A stretch of DNA of 64,000 nucleotides from Candidatus Falkowbacteria bacterium. GTDB taxonomy: Bacteria; Patescibacteriota; Patescibacteriia; Patescibacteriales; GWE2-39-37. The notes beneath the pieces were generated by a model. The model was not told the DNA's origin. It saw only the letters and a program-made list of their open reading frames with translations, and did no database searches. Shown one piece after another: positions 1-9,023 of the stretch. The stretch is from the NCBI GenBank assembly GCA_037137775.1, contig JBAXJQ010000002.1, forward strand, positions 25,095 to 89,094, in the 5' to 3' direction. Each line of letters begins with the position of its first letter. Within the stretch, counting starts at the first letter, position 1. The position numbers and the translations under genes were made by a program.

Positions 1-1
1 G

Positions 2-274
2 GATGCGGATGATACCTTTGCGGGTGAAATTGATGTGGTTGACGAGTCGCCACTGGCGTTAACCGAGATTATGAAACGTGAAGAGCAAGAGGATATAGCT
101 GCGCTTATATCCACGTTAGCGCCAGATGAGCGGATGTTATTAAATCTGTATTATTATCAAGGGTTAAATTTACGGGAAATTGCGGAATTAAGCCAAAGCT
201 CAGTTGATACAATCAAAAGTCGACATCGGCGTGTTTTGCAAAAATTAAGAAAATTAATTGATAAAATTGAGTAA
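2..274 (+). CDS. RNA polymerase sigma factor, sigma-70/ECF family (C-terminal part only; gene starts upstream of the window)
   Basis: The frame is open from the window edge. Region-4 HTH signature LNLYYYQGLNLREIAELSQSSVDTIKSRHRRVLQKLRKLI. Confidence 0.8.
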   Translation, partial: DADDTFAGEIDVVDESPLALTEIMKREEQEDIAALISTLAPDERMLLNLYYYQGLNLREIAELSQSSVDTIKSRHRRVLQKLRKLIDKIE

Positions 275-320
275 TTTTTAAATTTGCACCCAAACCTAGT
301 ACTAATCCGTATATACTAAT

Positions 321-749
321 ATGAAATCAGACAACCTCCAAAATATAGATAAGGTCACGGCTGAATATTATCAGCGTATTTCTATTTCAAATCGTGCCGA
401 AGCGATAACTAAACGGGTGATTAATCGTATATATCGTCGGCAAATTAATTGGTTGCGACTTAAGATTAGCGGTACGATTTTTGCCATCTCGTTCTGTGTC
501 TGGGGTGGCATTTCGGCTGGCACGATGGCGTGGCAAGCATTCCAGCAGTCAGAAATAGCCACTATCTCATCGCTCTTGTTTACAGATTTTAACTCTGTTA
601 TGGCTAATGGGCTAGACTACGTTTGGCTCTATTTAGAGTCTTTACCTGCGTTGGAGATATTGTATGTATTAACAGCGCTATTTGTTTTGTTGTCGTTAGT
701 TAAGTTGCTTGGTTTTGAATTAAAGCAAAAACAACGTTTAATGTACTAA
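321..749 (+). CDS. membrane protein directly downstream of the sigma factor; possible anti-sigma factor
   Basis: Short gap after the sigma gene. Soluble N-terminus followed by hydrophobic segments (ISGTIFAISFCVWGGISAGTMAW; LEILYVLTALFVLLSLVKLL). The function is inferred from position only. Confidence 0.4.
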   Translation: MKSDNLQNIDKVTAEYYQRISISNRAEAITKRVINRIYRRQINWLRLKISGTIFAISFCVWGGISAGTMAWQAFQQSEIATISSLLFTDFNSVMANGLDYVWLYLESLPALEILYVLTALFVLLSLVKLLGFELKQKQRLMY

Positions 750-759
750 TTATATATTT

Positions 760-1290
760 ATGAATTTTACTGACATCACTAAGTCAAAATATTTTACCCG
801 AGGCTTGATTGTCCTGGGTGGTTTGATTGTATTAGCCCTTACCTTTAACCTGGGAGTTTTTGTTGGTTACAGTAAGGCCAATTTTTCGCAGCGCTGGGGC
901 GATAACTATCGTCGTAATTTTGGCGGGCCAACTGATGGGTTTGGTTTAAATAGTAGAATGATGTCTGGCAGACGATTTGATCGGCGGCCGGGTATGATGC
1001 CATTGCCAGCTGGACCGGATTTTGTGAATGCGCATGGCACTACCGGAGTGGTGGTGCAAGTTAGTCCTGTGGCGACCGGAACACCACTAACCACCTCAAC
1101 AATTATTATTAAAGGTAATGACGGGGTGGAAAAAACAGTGGTAATGAATGCAAAAACTACTATTTTAAAAGACCGGCAGAACGTGCCAGTGAACAATGTT
1201 GCAGTTGATGATATGGTAGTAGTTATTGGCCAGCCAAATAATATTGGCCAGATTGAAGCTAAACTTATTCGTATTTTTAGCAAACAATAA
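760..1290 (+). CDS. N-terminally membrane-anchored protein with C-terminal beta-rich domain (paralog of 5258..5749)
   Basis: TM segment LIVLGGLIVLALTFNLGVFVG. The C-terminal pattern GVVVQV...IIIKGNDG...TTILKD...VDDMVVVIGQPNNIGQIEAKLIRI resembles GEVLKK...VTVKLPDGG...TAILKT...IGENVSINGNPNTDGSVTAQTISI in the other gene. Confidence 0.55.
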   Translation: MNFTDITKSKYFTRGLIVLGGLIVLALTFNLGVFVGYSKANFSQRWGDNYRRNFGGPTDGFGLNSRMMSGRRFDRRPGMMPLPAGPDFVNAHGTTGVVVQVSPVATGTPLTTSTIIIKGNDGVEKTVVMNAKTTILKDRQNVPVNNVAVDDMVVVIGQPNNIGQIEAKLIRIFSKQ

Positions 1291-1291
1291 T

Positions 1292-3319
1292 ATGTGGCAA
1301 AAAATTGTAACCTACGTTAAAACTAATAAAAAGAAAATTATTTTCGGTCTGATTATTTTGGTAATCGCAGGCTGGTATTTTTATCAAAAAAGCCAAGCCG
1401 GCACCGTCACCCCCAGCTATGTTATGGGTACGGTTGCTAAGGGGGGTATAATTGTTTCAGTAAGCGGTACCGGACAGGTGTCTGCTTCAAATCAAGTGGA
1501 AGTGAAACCAAAAGTGACAGCCAACATCATTGCGGTTAAAGTCAAAGAACAGGCCAAAGTTAAAGCAGGGCAGATTATTGCCGAGCTAGATAATAAGGAT
1601 TTGAAAAGTCAGGCTGAACAGGCCAGAAACAGTTTAGCTTCGGCGAGAGCAAATTTAAGTTTGAAGTTAGTCGGGCCAACGAAAGAGGACATTGCGTTAA
1701 GCAAGAAGTCGATCGAGTCAGCTCGGCTTGCCTATGAGGCTGCGCAACGGTCACTCGGTACGACGGAAGCAACACTCGCACAAAATTTAAAAAAAGCTCA
1801 GCAACAATTGGCCAATGCCCAGATTCAGTTTGCTAATGATCAGTCCACGCAAGGTATTGATACAACCAGTGCTGATCAGTCTTTGGCCAACACCTACGAA
1901 TCCGCAAAAAATACGGTAAATTCTGCGGTGTTAAGTATGCGCACGGCTGTGCAATCGGCAGATAGTATTCTTGGTATTGACCGTCCCTCGGTAGTAGTTA
2001 ACAAGACCACCTTCGGTGCCCTAAACTCACAAAGTTTAAGTGATGCGCAAAGTGCCTACCAAGTTGCCAAGGTGGCACTTGCGCAAGCTGAGCAACAGTA
2101 TAATTCGGTTTCAGTTAACTGGGATAGAACCCAAGAAGAGTCGTTGGTTAAAAATTTAATTGATTACATTCAGAAAATAAAAGCGTTGAATCATGCGACG
2201 TATCTTATGTTAATTAATACGATATCATCGTCTGAATTAACCTTAACCGTCTTGGATGGTTACCGTCAGCAAATGTCTACTCAGGAAAACACCATGTTAA
2301 CGACGTTATCTAATTTGCAAAGCGCTAGTCAATCGATTGCCAATGCTAAATTAAATAATGCTACCTCCGGTGTTTCGCTGAGTAATAATGCGGTAAGCGC
2401 TAATACAGCCCTGGAGAATGCTAAAACTAATTTAGATCAGGTTGTATTAGATAATAAAAAGTCACTTGATCAAGCCCAGCTCGATATTGCCAATAAAAAA
2501 ATCTCTTACGATAATGCAAAATTAAATTATGATATCAAAGTGGCTAAACCACGACCAGAAGATGTTGCCTCGCTTCAGGCTTCTGTTGCCCAAGCTGCAA
2601 ATGCCTATCAAAACGCGTTAGATAATCTAGCCGAAGCAACCATTAAGTCTCCGATTGATGGCGTAGTTGCTATTCTCTCTGCCAAAGTCGGTGATCAAGC
2701 CGCGCCAGGCACAGCTATTGCGACAGTTATTACAACTGATCAAGTGGCTGATATTTCGTTAAACGAAGTTGACGCAGCAAAAATTAAAAACGGCCAAAAG
2801 GCAAACTTAACGTTTAGTGCTATTGATACGTTAGAAATTTCCGGTTCAGTGGTATCGATTGATACGATTGGTACGGTTACTCAGAATGTGGTTAACTACA
2901 CGGCCAAGATCGCTCTAGACACAGGTGATGAGCGCATTAAACCAGGCATGAGCGTTAGCGCCTCAATTGTGACGGACAAAAAATTTGATGTAATAACCAT
3001 TCCTGTAGCGGCAGTTAAAACACAAAATAATTCAAGCTACGTTGAAACCTTACCGGCTGATGTTTTAGCTGCTGCCAGTTCAACCAGTGGTGCCATATCA
3101 ACACAAATTTCACCAATTAAAAAAACCATTCAAACCGGATTGGCTAACGATACTGATATTGAAGTTACTCAAGGCTTGAATGTGGGTGATGTCATTATAA
3201 CCAAGACCATAGCGGCCGGTACGCAAACCACTGCGGCAAGTAGTCAGAATGCCTTGCGGATGCTTGGTGGTGGTGGTAATACCCAACGGGCGGCTGGTGG
3301 TGCTGCGAGAGGGTTTTAA
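1292..3319 (+). CDS. efflux-pump membrane-fusion/adaptor protein (HlyD/MacA family) with an unusually long coiled-coil
   Basis: I place the start at MWQKIV (ATG 1292) because the longer ORF overlaps the upstream gene. N-terminal TM, about 350 residues of Q/A/L/N-rich heptad-like sequence, then the beta-barrel motif IKSPIDGVVAILSAKVGDQAAPG. Sits directly upstream of the ABC ATPase and permease. Confidence 0.8.
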   Translation: MWQKIVTYVKTNKKKIIFGLIILVIAGWYFYQKSQAGTVTPSYVMGTVAKGGIIVSVSGTGQVSASNQVEVKPKVTANIIAVKVKEQAKVKAGQIIAELDNKDLKSQAEQARNSLASARANLSLKLVGPTKEDIALSKKSIESARLAYEAAQRSLGTTEATLAQNLKKAQQQLANAQIQFANDQSTQGIDTTSADQSLANTYESAKNTVNSAVLSMRTAVQSADSILGIDRPSVVVNKTTFGALNSQSLSDAQSAYQVAKVALAQAEQQYNSVSVNWDRTQEESLVKNLIDYIQKIKALNHATYLMLINTISSSELTLTVLDGYRQQMSTQENTMLTTLSNLQSASQSIANAKLNNATSGVSLSNNAVSANTALENAKTNLDQVVLDNKKSLDQAQLDIANKKISYDNAKLNYDIKVAKPRPEDVASLQASVAQAANAYQNALDNLAEATIKSPIDGVVAILSAKVGDQAAPGTAIATVITTDQVADISLNEVDAAKIKNGQKANLTFSAIDTLEISGSVVSIDTIGTVTQNVVNYTAKIALDTGDERIKPGMSVSASIVTDKKFDVITIPVAAVKTQNNSSYVETLPADVLAAASSTSGAISTQISPIKKTIQTGLANDTDIEVTQGLNVGDVIITKTIAAGTQTTAASSQNALRMLGGGGNTQRAAGGAARGF

Positions 3320-3327
3320 TTTTATAT

Positions 3328-4014
3328 ATGATTGAATGCAAGGCAATAAATAAGATTTATAAAAGTACAGCCGGAGAGGCGCATGTCTTGAAGGATGTTA
3401 GCTTTACCATTAATAAAGGCGAGTTTGTGGCTATCACTGGGCCGTCTGGTTCTGGCAAATCAACTTTAATGCATATTATTGGGGCGCTAGATACACCCAC
3501 TAGTGGACAGTATATTCTTGATGATGCTGACGTTTCCAAGTTGACCGACGATCAGTTGGCCGATATTCGTCGGCACAAAATTGGCTTTGTGTTTCAGTCA
3601 TTTAATTTGTTGTCTCGAGCCACGGTTTTACGCAATGTTATGCTACCCTTGGTTTATGCGGAAATAGCTTTACCGGAGCGGGAGGCGATGGCGAAAAAAG
3701 CTTTAGCAGCAGCCGGTCTTAATGAGGATCGCTGGCTTCATCTCTCTAATCAGTTATCCGGTGGTCAGATGCAACGCGTGGCTATTGCCCGGGCGTTGGT
3801 TAATAATCCGGCCATTATTTTAGCCGATGAACCAACCGGCAACCTAGACAGTAAGACTGGCCAGATTGTTTTAGATACGTTTGAAAAGTTAAACCGTGAA
3901 GAAGGGCACACGATTATATTAATTACGCATGAAGCGGAGGTGGCGAATCATGCCGACCGGGTGATATATATTCGTGATGGTGAAATTGTTGAGGATAAAA
4001 AAACCAAACATTAA
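3328..4014 (+). CDS. ABC transporter ATP-binding protein (MacB/LolD-type)
   Basis: Walker A GPSGSGKST, signature LSGGQMQRVAIARAL, Walker B ILADEPTGNLD. Confidence 0.92.
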   Translation: MIECKAINKIYKSTAGEAHVLKDVSFTINKGEFVAITGPSGSGKSTLMHIIGALDTPTSGQYILDDADVSKLTDDQLADIRRHKIGFVFQSFNLLSRATVLRNVMLPLVYAEIALPEREAMAKKALAAAGLNEDRWLHLSNQLSGGQMQRVAIARALVNNPAIILADEPTGNLDSKTGQIVLDTFEKLNREEGHTIILITHEAEVANHADRVIYIRDGEIVEDKKTKH

Positions 4015-4016
4015 TT

Positions 4017-5240
4017 ATGTTATTTGCTGACTTATTTCAAGAAACGTATTCCGCCATTACAGCTAACAAAGCTCGGTCTGGTTTAACCATGCTTGGTATT
4101 GTTATCGGTATCGGTTCGGTAATCGCCATGGTTTCGATTGGACAAGGTGCCCAGAGCACGATCCAGACTAGTATTCAATCGATTGGTTCTAATTTGATTA
4201 TGGTAACACCGGGGTTTCAGCGCAGTGCAATGGGGGGTGCCAGTGCCGGACGAGGTAGTGCACAAACCTTAACTTTGGCTGATGCCAATGCGATTGCCAC
4301 CGAGGTAACCGGTGTTGGGGCTGTGGCGCCAGATGTTTCTCGTCGGTATCAAATAACAGCTCGTGGGCTTAATACTAATACACAGGTAATTGGTACAACA
4401 GCCGCCTATCCCACTGTTCGTAATGTCGAAGTGAGCGACGGCTCGTTTATTACCGACCAACATGATAAATCGTTATCCAAAGTGGCTGTGCTTGGGCCAA
4501 CTACTCGAGACGATTTATTTGGTATCGATGTTAATCCGATTGGACAATCGATTCGCATAAACAAAGTTGATTTTAAAGTGATTGGGGTAACCAAGAGCAA
4601 GGGTGGTACTGGCTTTGGCAACCAAGATGACATGATCTATGTGCCGATATCAACTGCCCAGAGTTATCTCTCGGGTGATGCTTATGTTTCTACGATTAGC
4701 GTTCAGGCGCAGACCCAGGCCACATTATCCGAAGTACAAAGCCAAATAAATGAGCTGCTCTTAACCCGACATAAAATTAGCAATCCGACCTTGGCCGATT
4801 TTCAGATTTTAAATCAAGCCGATATTGTGGCCACTGCCTCGTCCGTAACTAACACCTTTACTATTTTATTAGCTGCTATCGCTAGTATTTCGTTAATCGT
4901 TGGTGGTATCGGCATTATGAATATGATGTTAACCACCGTCACCGAACGCACCAAGGAAATAGGTTTGCGCAAGGCGATTGGCGCCAAGCGAGCTGATATC
5001 AGCTTGCAATTTTTAACCGAGGCAGTGATGTTAACATTTATTGGCGGTGGTATCGGTATTTTGGTTGGCTGGCTAGTGGCCTTAGGCGTGAAACAGTTTG
5101 TTGGCATTGCTACCACCGTTTCGGTTTCATCCATTGTTTTAGCGTTTAGCGTTTCGGCTGGCATCGGTATTATTTTTGGCTACTATCCTGCTCGGCGGGC
5201 AGCCAAAATGAATCCGATTGAGGCTCTACGTTACGAATAA
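4017..5240 (+). CDS. ABC transporter permease, MacB/FtsX family
   Basis: N-terminal TM, large extracytoplasmic domain, and C-terminal FtsX-type 3-TM bundle (ERTKEIGLRKAIGAKRADI...GYYPARRAAKMNPIEALRYE). Only a 2-nt gap from the ATPase gene. Confidence 0.9.
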   Translation: MLFADLFQETYSAITANKARSGLTMLGIVIGIGSVIAMVSIGQGAQSTIQTSIQSIGSNLIMVTPGFQRSAMGGASAGRGSAQTLTLADANAIATEVTGVGAVAPDVSRRYQITARGLNTNTQVIGTTAAYPTVRNVEVSDGSFITDQHDKSLSKVAVLGPTTRDDLFGIDVNPIGQSIRINKVDFKVIGVTKSKGGTGFGNQDDMIYVPISTAQSYLSGDAYVSTISVQAQTQATLSEVQSQINELLLTRHKISNPTLADFQILNQADIVATASSVTNTFTILLAAIASISLIVGGIGIMNMMLTTVTERTKEIGLRKAIGAKRADISLQFLTEAVMLTFIGGGIGILVGWLVALGVKQFVGIATTVSVSSIVLAFSVSAGIGIIFGYYPARRAAKMNPIEALRYE

Positions 5241-5257
5241 TTATTAATATTAATTTT

Positions 5258-5749
5258 ATGAAAACTCCAGTAATTATCGCAGTCGTTTGTGTTGTAGCCA
5301 TTGCTGCTTTTTTTGGTGGCATGACGTATGGCAAATCAACTGTATCAAAAGGCACACAAGTTGGTGTGCAAAATGGCCAAGCAGGTTTTGGTAGTGGTCA
5401 GGCGGGCAGGGGTGCAATGGGACAAGGCTTTCGGGGACCAAATGGACAGGGCAGGGCTAATGGTGGCTTTATCAATGGCGAGGTGTTAAAGAAGGACGCA
5501 CAAAGTGTAACCGTTAAACTACCAGACGGTGGCTCGAAAATTGCCTTCATTTCTGGTAATACGGCAATCTTAAAAACTGCTACCGGTAGTTTGACTGATG
5601 TGATAATCGGTGAAAATGTCTCAATTAATGGCAATCCTAATACTGATGGCAGTGTGACGGCTCAAACTATCTCCATACGTCCGCCACGACCAAGCAATGG
5701 TATGGCTAGTGGTACACCAATTAACAATGACGCACTCCCAATTAAATAA
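5258..5749 (+). CDS. N-terminally membrane-anchored Gly-rich protein with C-terminal beta-rich domain (paralog of 760..1290)
   Basis: TM segment VIIAVVCVVAIAAFFGG, a G/Q-rich linker, and a C-terminal domain similar to that of 760..1290. Confidence 0.55.
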   Translation: MKTPVIIAVVCVVAIAAFFGGMTYGKSTVSKGTQVGVQNGQAGFGSGQAGRGAMGQGFRGPNGQGRANGGFINGEVLKKDAQSVTVKLPDGGSKIAFISGNTAILKTATGSLTDVIIGENVSINGNPNTDGSVTAQTISIRPPRPSNGMASGTPINNDALPIK

Positions 5750-5767
5750 TTAGGTTTTGAGGTTGAT

Positions 5768-5802
5768 AAAAATGTGCTATTATATTAAATAGCACATTTT
5801 TT
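5768..5802 (+). terminator. rho-independent terminator
   Basis: AAAAATGTGCTAT / ATAGCACATTTTTT inverted repeat followed by a T-run. Confidence 0.7.
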
Positions 5803-5825
5803 GTGCCTAATTTTAATTTACTCGT

Positions 5826-7523
5826 ATGTCAAAGGAACAATTTATTAGTAAGCCTGAGTTAAACCCAGTAGAAGTAGACTCTGGTAAAACTGGCGGAGTT
5901 ATGAAGTTTTTTGATTCAGCCGCGGCCAAGTTTGCTCTTTACGGCAGTTTGATGATGGCGGGCGTGGGAGCGCCAAAGGCAGCAAACGTGGAAGCACAAA
6001 CTAGAGCAGGGGAAGTATACCAGCCAGGAATTGAGGCGGCCACTAGTGAAAACGTCTCCAGTCACGTGGAAGATGTAAACATGCCAGATGTACATTGGAC
6101 ATTTTTTAAAACAAATGAAAACGGTGAAACCACCTTTAATCCCTGGTCTTTAATTGCCCCTGCGCAATTAGAAATTCCTTGGACAACACATGAAACTAAG
6201 GTGGCTCAAGTGGCCTTGCCCTATGATCTTTCCCGTCAATTTGATTCGGCAAAAGCGTTAGATCCAGCCGCTAAAGATAAAGTAGCAAATTATATTGCTT
6301 CACAACTCAGGCAACAACTCGGTGAGCGATTGCATTTATTAGGCGAGGATATTCATCGGCTTAAGCATGGTCCAGAAACGGATGCGGAAAATATGAAAGT
6401 GACACAGATTAAATATCTTGGCACTGCTTCACCAGAAGGCCCACAAAGTAAAGGCCCAGAATCTATTATCCCGGGCAATATTGATCCGGAAAATTTGAAA
6501 TTAGCCGGTATTCGCCTGCGCGAGGCTGATCAATCATTAATGCAGGCGTTAGAAAAAGTTGGGGCAAGCCCTGAAACACTAGCGCAAATAAGAAAAGAAT
6601 TTAAAGTTGAGGAATTACAATTAGTTGGTCAGGACTCTCCTGCCTTATTAGAGTTGGCCAAAGACGAGGCAGGTCTTGATGGAGTGGAGAAAATTTTTAA
6701 TTTGGTTATTAAATATAATGAGGCGACTCATAACCCCGCCTATTATGAGTCCCTAACCAAGGGGATGAGTGAAGTGGAAAAAGATGCTTTACATAAAAAA
6801 TTTGATGGCGTGGCAGAAATATTAAGCACTAAGCGCAGTGTTCGAGCAGAGGTTACTTTCGAGGGCAACCGCAAGCATACCTTAATGATTCCACTGCCGC
6901 TAACGCCATTTTTGTTTATTCCTTTCAGGCGAGGCCCAGAATTAGGTGGTCGACGCCAAGACGAACGTCCTAATGGCCCTGGAAATGAACCAAATGGACG
7001 ACCAGGAGAGAGACCAGTTGATGAACCAGTGGGTCGCGGACCAATTTTTAGACCAGAAGAAATTCCACCGATTGTTGGGGCTACACAATTACCAGAACCG
7101 GGTACGCCACAATATGAACGAGTTAGTCGTCAAACGTTGTATGATGATTTGTATCTTCATTTTGACGATAAGGAAACAATTGCTCGAGGCATTGATTATC
7201 GAGCTTTAGCGGACTTGGTGGTTGAAAGTACAAACCAACATAAGTCTGCCGAACATCTAGAAAACGCCTTAACGTTAAAAATTCTGCAAGCTTGGCGCGC
7301 AGCAGATTTGCAAGCTCGTAAAGAGGCCGGTGTGGAGGATGTTACTGGTCTGGATTATGAAAAAGATATTCGACAAATTCAGTATGCCAGAATGCACGCC
7401 AAGGCAATTATCGATTTGGCACAAAAAAAGCAAGCCGATCCCGCCTCTGATTACAATGAAATTATTGCAAAAGATCCGAAATTTCGTGAAGCTTTAATGC
7501 AAAAAACTTTTGATACATTGTAA
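5826..7523 (+). CDS. hypothetical secreted/membrane-anchored protein with an internal P/G/R/E-rich low-complexity linker
   Basis: 565-codon ORF. Hydrophobic segment FALYGSLMMAGVGAP near the N-terminus. Low-complexity stretch RRQDERPNGPGNEPNGRPGERPVDEPVGRGP. No family recognised. Confidence 0.55.
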   Translation: MSKEQFISKPELNPVEVDSGKTGGVMKFFDSAAAKFALYGSLMMAGVGAPKAANVEAQTRAGEVYQPGIEAATSENVSSHVEDVNMPDVHWTFFKTNENGETTFNPWSLIAPAQLEIPWTTHETKVAQVALPYDLSRQFDSAKALDPAAKDKVANYIASQLRQQLGERLHLLGEDIHRLKHGPETDAENMKVTQIKYLGTASPEGPQSKGPESIIPGNIDPENLKLAGIRLREADQSLMQALEKVGASPETLAQIRKEFKVEELQLVGQDSPALLELAKDEAGLDGVEKIFNLVIKYNEATHNPAYYESLTKGMSEVEKDALHKKFDGVAEILSTKRSVRAEVTFEGNRKHTLMIPLPLTPFLFIPFRRGPELGGRRQDERPNGPGNEPNGRPGERPVDEPVGRGPIFRPEEIPPIVGATQLPEPGTPQYERVSRQTLYDDLYLHFDDKETIARGIDYRALADLVVESTNQHKSAEHLENALTLKILQAWRAADLQARKEAGVEDVTGLDYEKDIRQIQYARMHAKAIIDLAQKKQADPASDYNEIIAKDPKFREALMQKTFDTL

Positions 7524-7565
7524 AAAAATGTTGGGGTAAAACCTTGAAAAATTAGCGTAAATATG

Positions 7566-7601
7566 GTACGGTTAGGATGTTAAGTCTTAACCGTACTTTT
7601 A
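7566..7601 (+). terminator. rho-independent terminator
   Basis: GTACGGTTA...TAACCGTAC stem followed by TTTTATT. Confidence 0.65.
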
Positions 7602-7605
7602 TTAT

Positions 7606-7980
7606 ATGACTCTACGTACCTATCTTATAACCATGTTTTTGGCCACAATAATTTGTTGGGCCGGCTGGGGTTATGTCGTTGTGGCAATTGACCCAATTCA
7701 AAGTGGGTTATATGGCCTTGGATTATTTTATTTAGCCTTATTTTTAGCCGTGAGTGGCACGGGCGCTATTTTTGGTTTTTTCGTTCGCTTTATCGCCTTG
7801 AAGCAGGCCCTGGTATTTCACTCGGTGAGTGATGCCTTTCGTCAATCTTTTTTCTTTGGTTTTTTGGTGGTTGCAGTATTGTTTTTATTATCCAGGCAAT
7901 TATTTAGCTGGATAAATATCGCCTTTTTAGTAGTAGGCTTGTCCTTGTTAGAATATTTTTTGGTAAGTTATCGCAAATAA
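7606..7980 (+). CDS. small polytopic membrane protein, unknown function
   Basis: 124 codons with about 4 hydrophobic helices. Confidence 0.55.
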   Translation: MTLRTYLITMFLATIICWAGWGYVVVAIDPIQSGLYGLGLFYLALFLAVSGTGAIFGFFVRFIALKQALVFHSVSDAFRQSFFFGFLVVAVLFLLSRQLFSWINIAFLVVGLSLLEYFLVSYRK

Positions 7981-7984
7981 GTAT

Positions 7985-9013
7985 ATGATTCAAAAACAAC
8001 TTGATAGTATTAAAGCAGAGGTTTTGGGCAAGCTTAACAAGCTGGCAGATTTGCCAGCGGTAAAAGAGCTTCAAACTACGTATCTCGGACGTAAGGGTAA
8101 GCTGACTGAATTATTACGGCAATTGCCGCAATTATCGGTTGAGGATCGCAAGGCAATTGGTCAGGTAGCTAACCGCATTAAACAAGAAGTCGATAGTGCC
8201 TTTGATAAGGCGATCGAAAAATTAGAGGGCGGGGCAAACTTGGCCACTGCCGATGTCAGTTTGCCCGGGATAGTAAAGCCGCAAGGGCATATTCATCCGT
8301 TATCACAAGTACAGCGCGATTTAGAAGAGTTATTTATTTCTATGGGTTTTATGGTTTTGGATGGCCCAGAGCTAGAATCTGATTTTTATAATTTTGAGGC
8401 GCTGAATATTCCGCCACATCATCCGGCGCGAGATATGCAGGACACGTTTTATATTGATAAAAAAAATAAGCAGGGTGAATACGATTTAATCATGCGCACC
8501 CAGACCTCGCCCGTGCAAATTCGGGCCATGCAAAAATATGGTGCGCCGCTGCGCTGTGTTATCCCTGGCCGGGTTTTTCGTTCCGAGGCAACGGACGTAC
8601 GTCATGAACATACCTTTTATCAAATGGAAGGCTTGATGATTGATCGGCACATTACGTTTGCCAACATGAAAGGAGTATTAGAGGCAGTGGCACAACGGTT
8701 GTATGGCCCGGAAACCAAAATGCGTATGCGGCCGAAATTTTATCCTTTTGTGGAGCCAGGAGCGAATGGCGAAATCACTTGTTTTTTATGCAAAGGTGCT
8801 GGTTGCCGTGTTTGCAAAAATACCGGTTGGTTAGAAGTTTTTGGCTCTGGCATGGTTCACCCCAATGTACTGAGGGCTGGCGGAGTGGATCCGGCAAAAT
8901 ATCAGGGCTTTGCCTTTGGCTTTGGTTTGACCCGCTTGGTAATGCTTAAATATAACATTACTGATGTCCGTTTGATGCAGAGTGATGATCTGCGCTTTTT
9001 AGAACAGTTTTAA
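7985..9013 (+). CDS. pheS: phenylalanine--tRNA ligase alpha subunit
   Basis: Class II motifs FRSEATDVRHEHTFYQMEGL and GFAFGFGLTRLVM. Confidence 0.95.
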   Translation: MIQKQLDSIKAEVLGKLNKLADLPAVKELQTTYLGRKGKLTELLRQLPQLSVEDRKAIGQVANRIKQEVDSAFDKAIEKLEGGANLATADVSLPGIVKPQGHIHPLSQVQRDLEELFISMGFMVLDGPELESDFYNFEALNIPPHHPARDMQDTFYIDKKNKQGEYDLIMRTQTSPVQIRAMQKYGAPLRCVIPGRVFRSEATDVRHEHTFYQMEGLMIDRHITFANMKGVLEAVAQRLYGPETKMRMRPKFYPFVEPGANGEITCFLCKGAGCRVCKNTGWLEVFGSGMVHPNVLRAGGVDPAKYQGFAFGFGLTRLVMLKYNITDVRLMQSDDLRFLEQF

Positions 9014-9023
9014 TCTTAGCTAT

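Noticed and set aside
1226-1291. N-terminal extensions proposed by the ORF track (1226, 11398, 26155, 35281, 52502, 55867).
   Set aside because: Each extension overlaps the 3' end of the upstream gene or a terminator hairpin. An internal Met immediately after the upstream stop gives a sensible N-terminus (signal or TM segment, or a conserved motif).
6946-7209. 87-codon same-strand alternative-frame ORF inside 5826..7523.
   Set aside because: It is fully nested in a longer ORF, has no start context, and falls in the repetitive P/G/R/E-coding stretch that creates open alternative frames.
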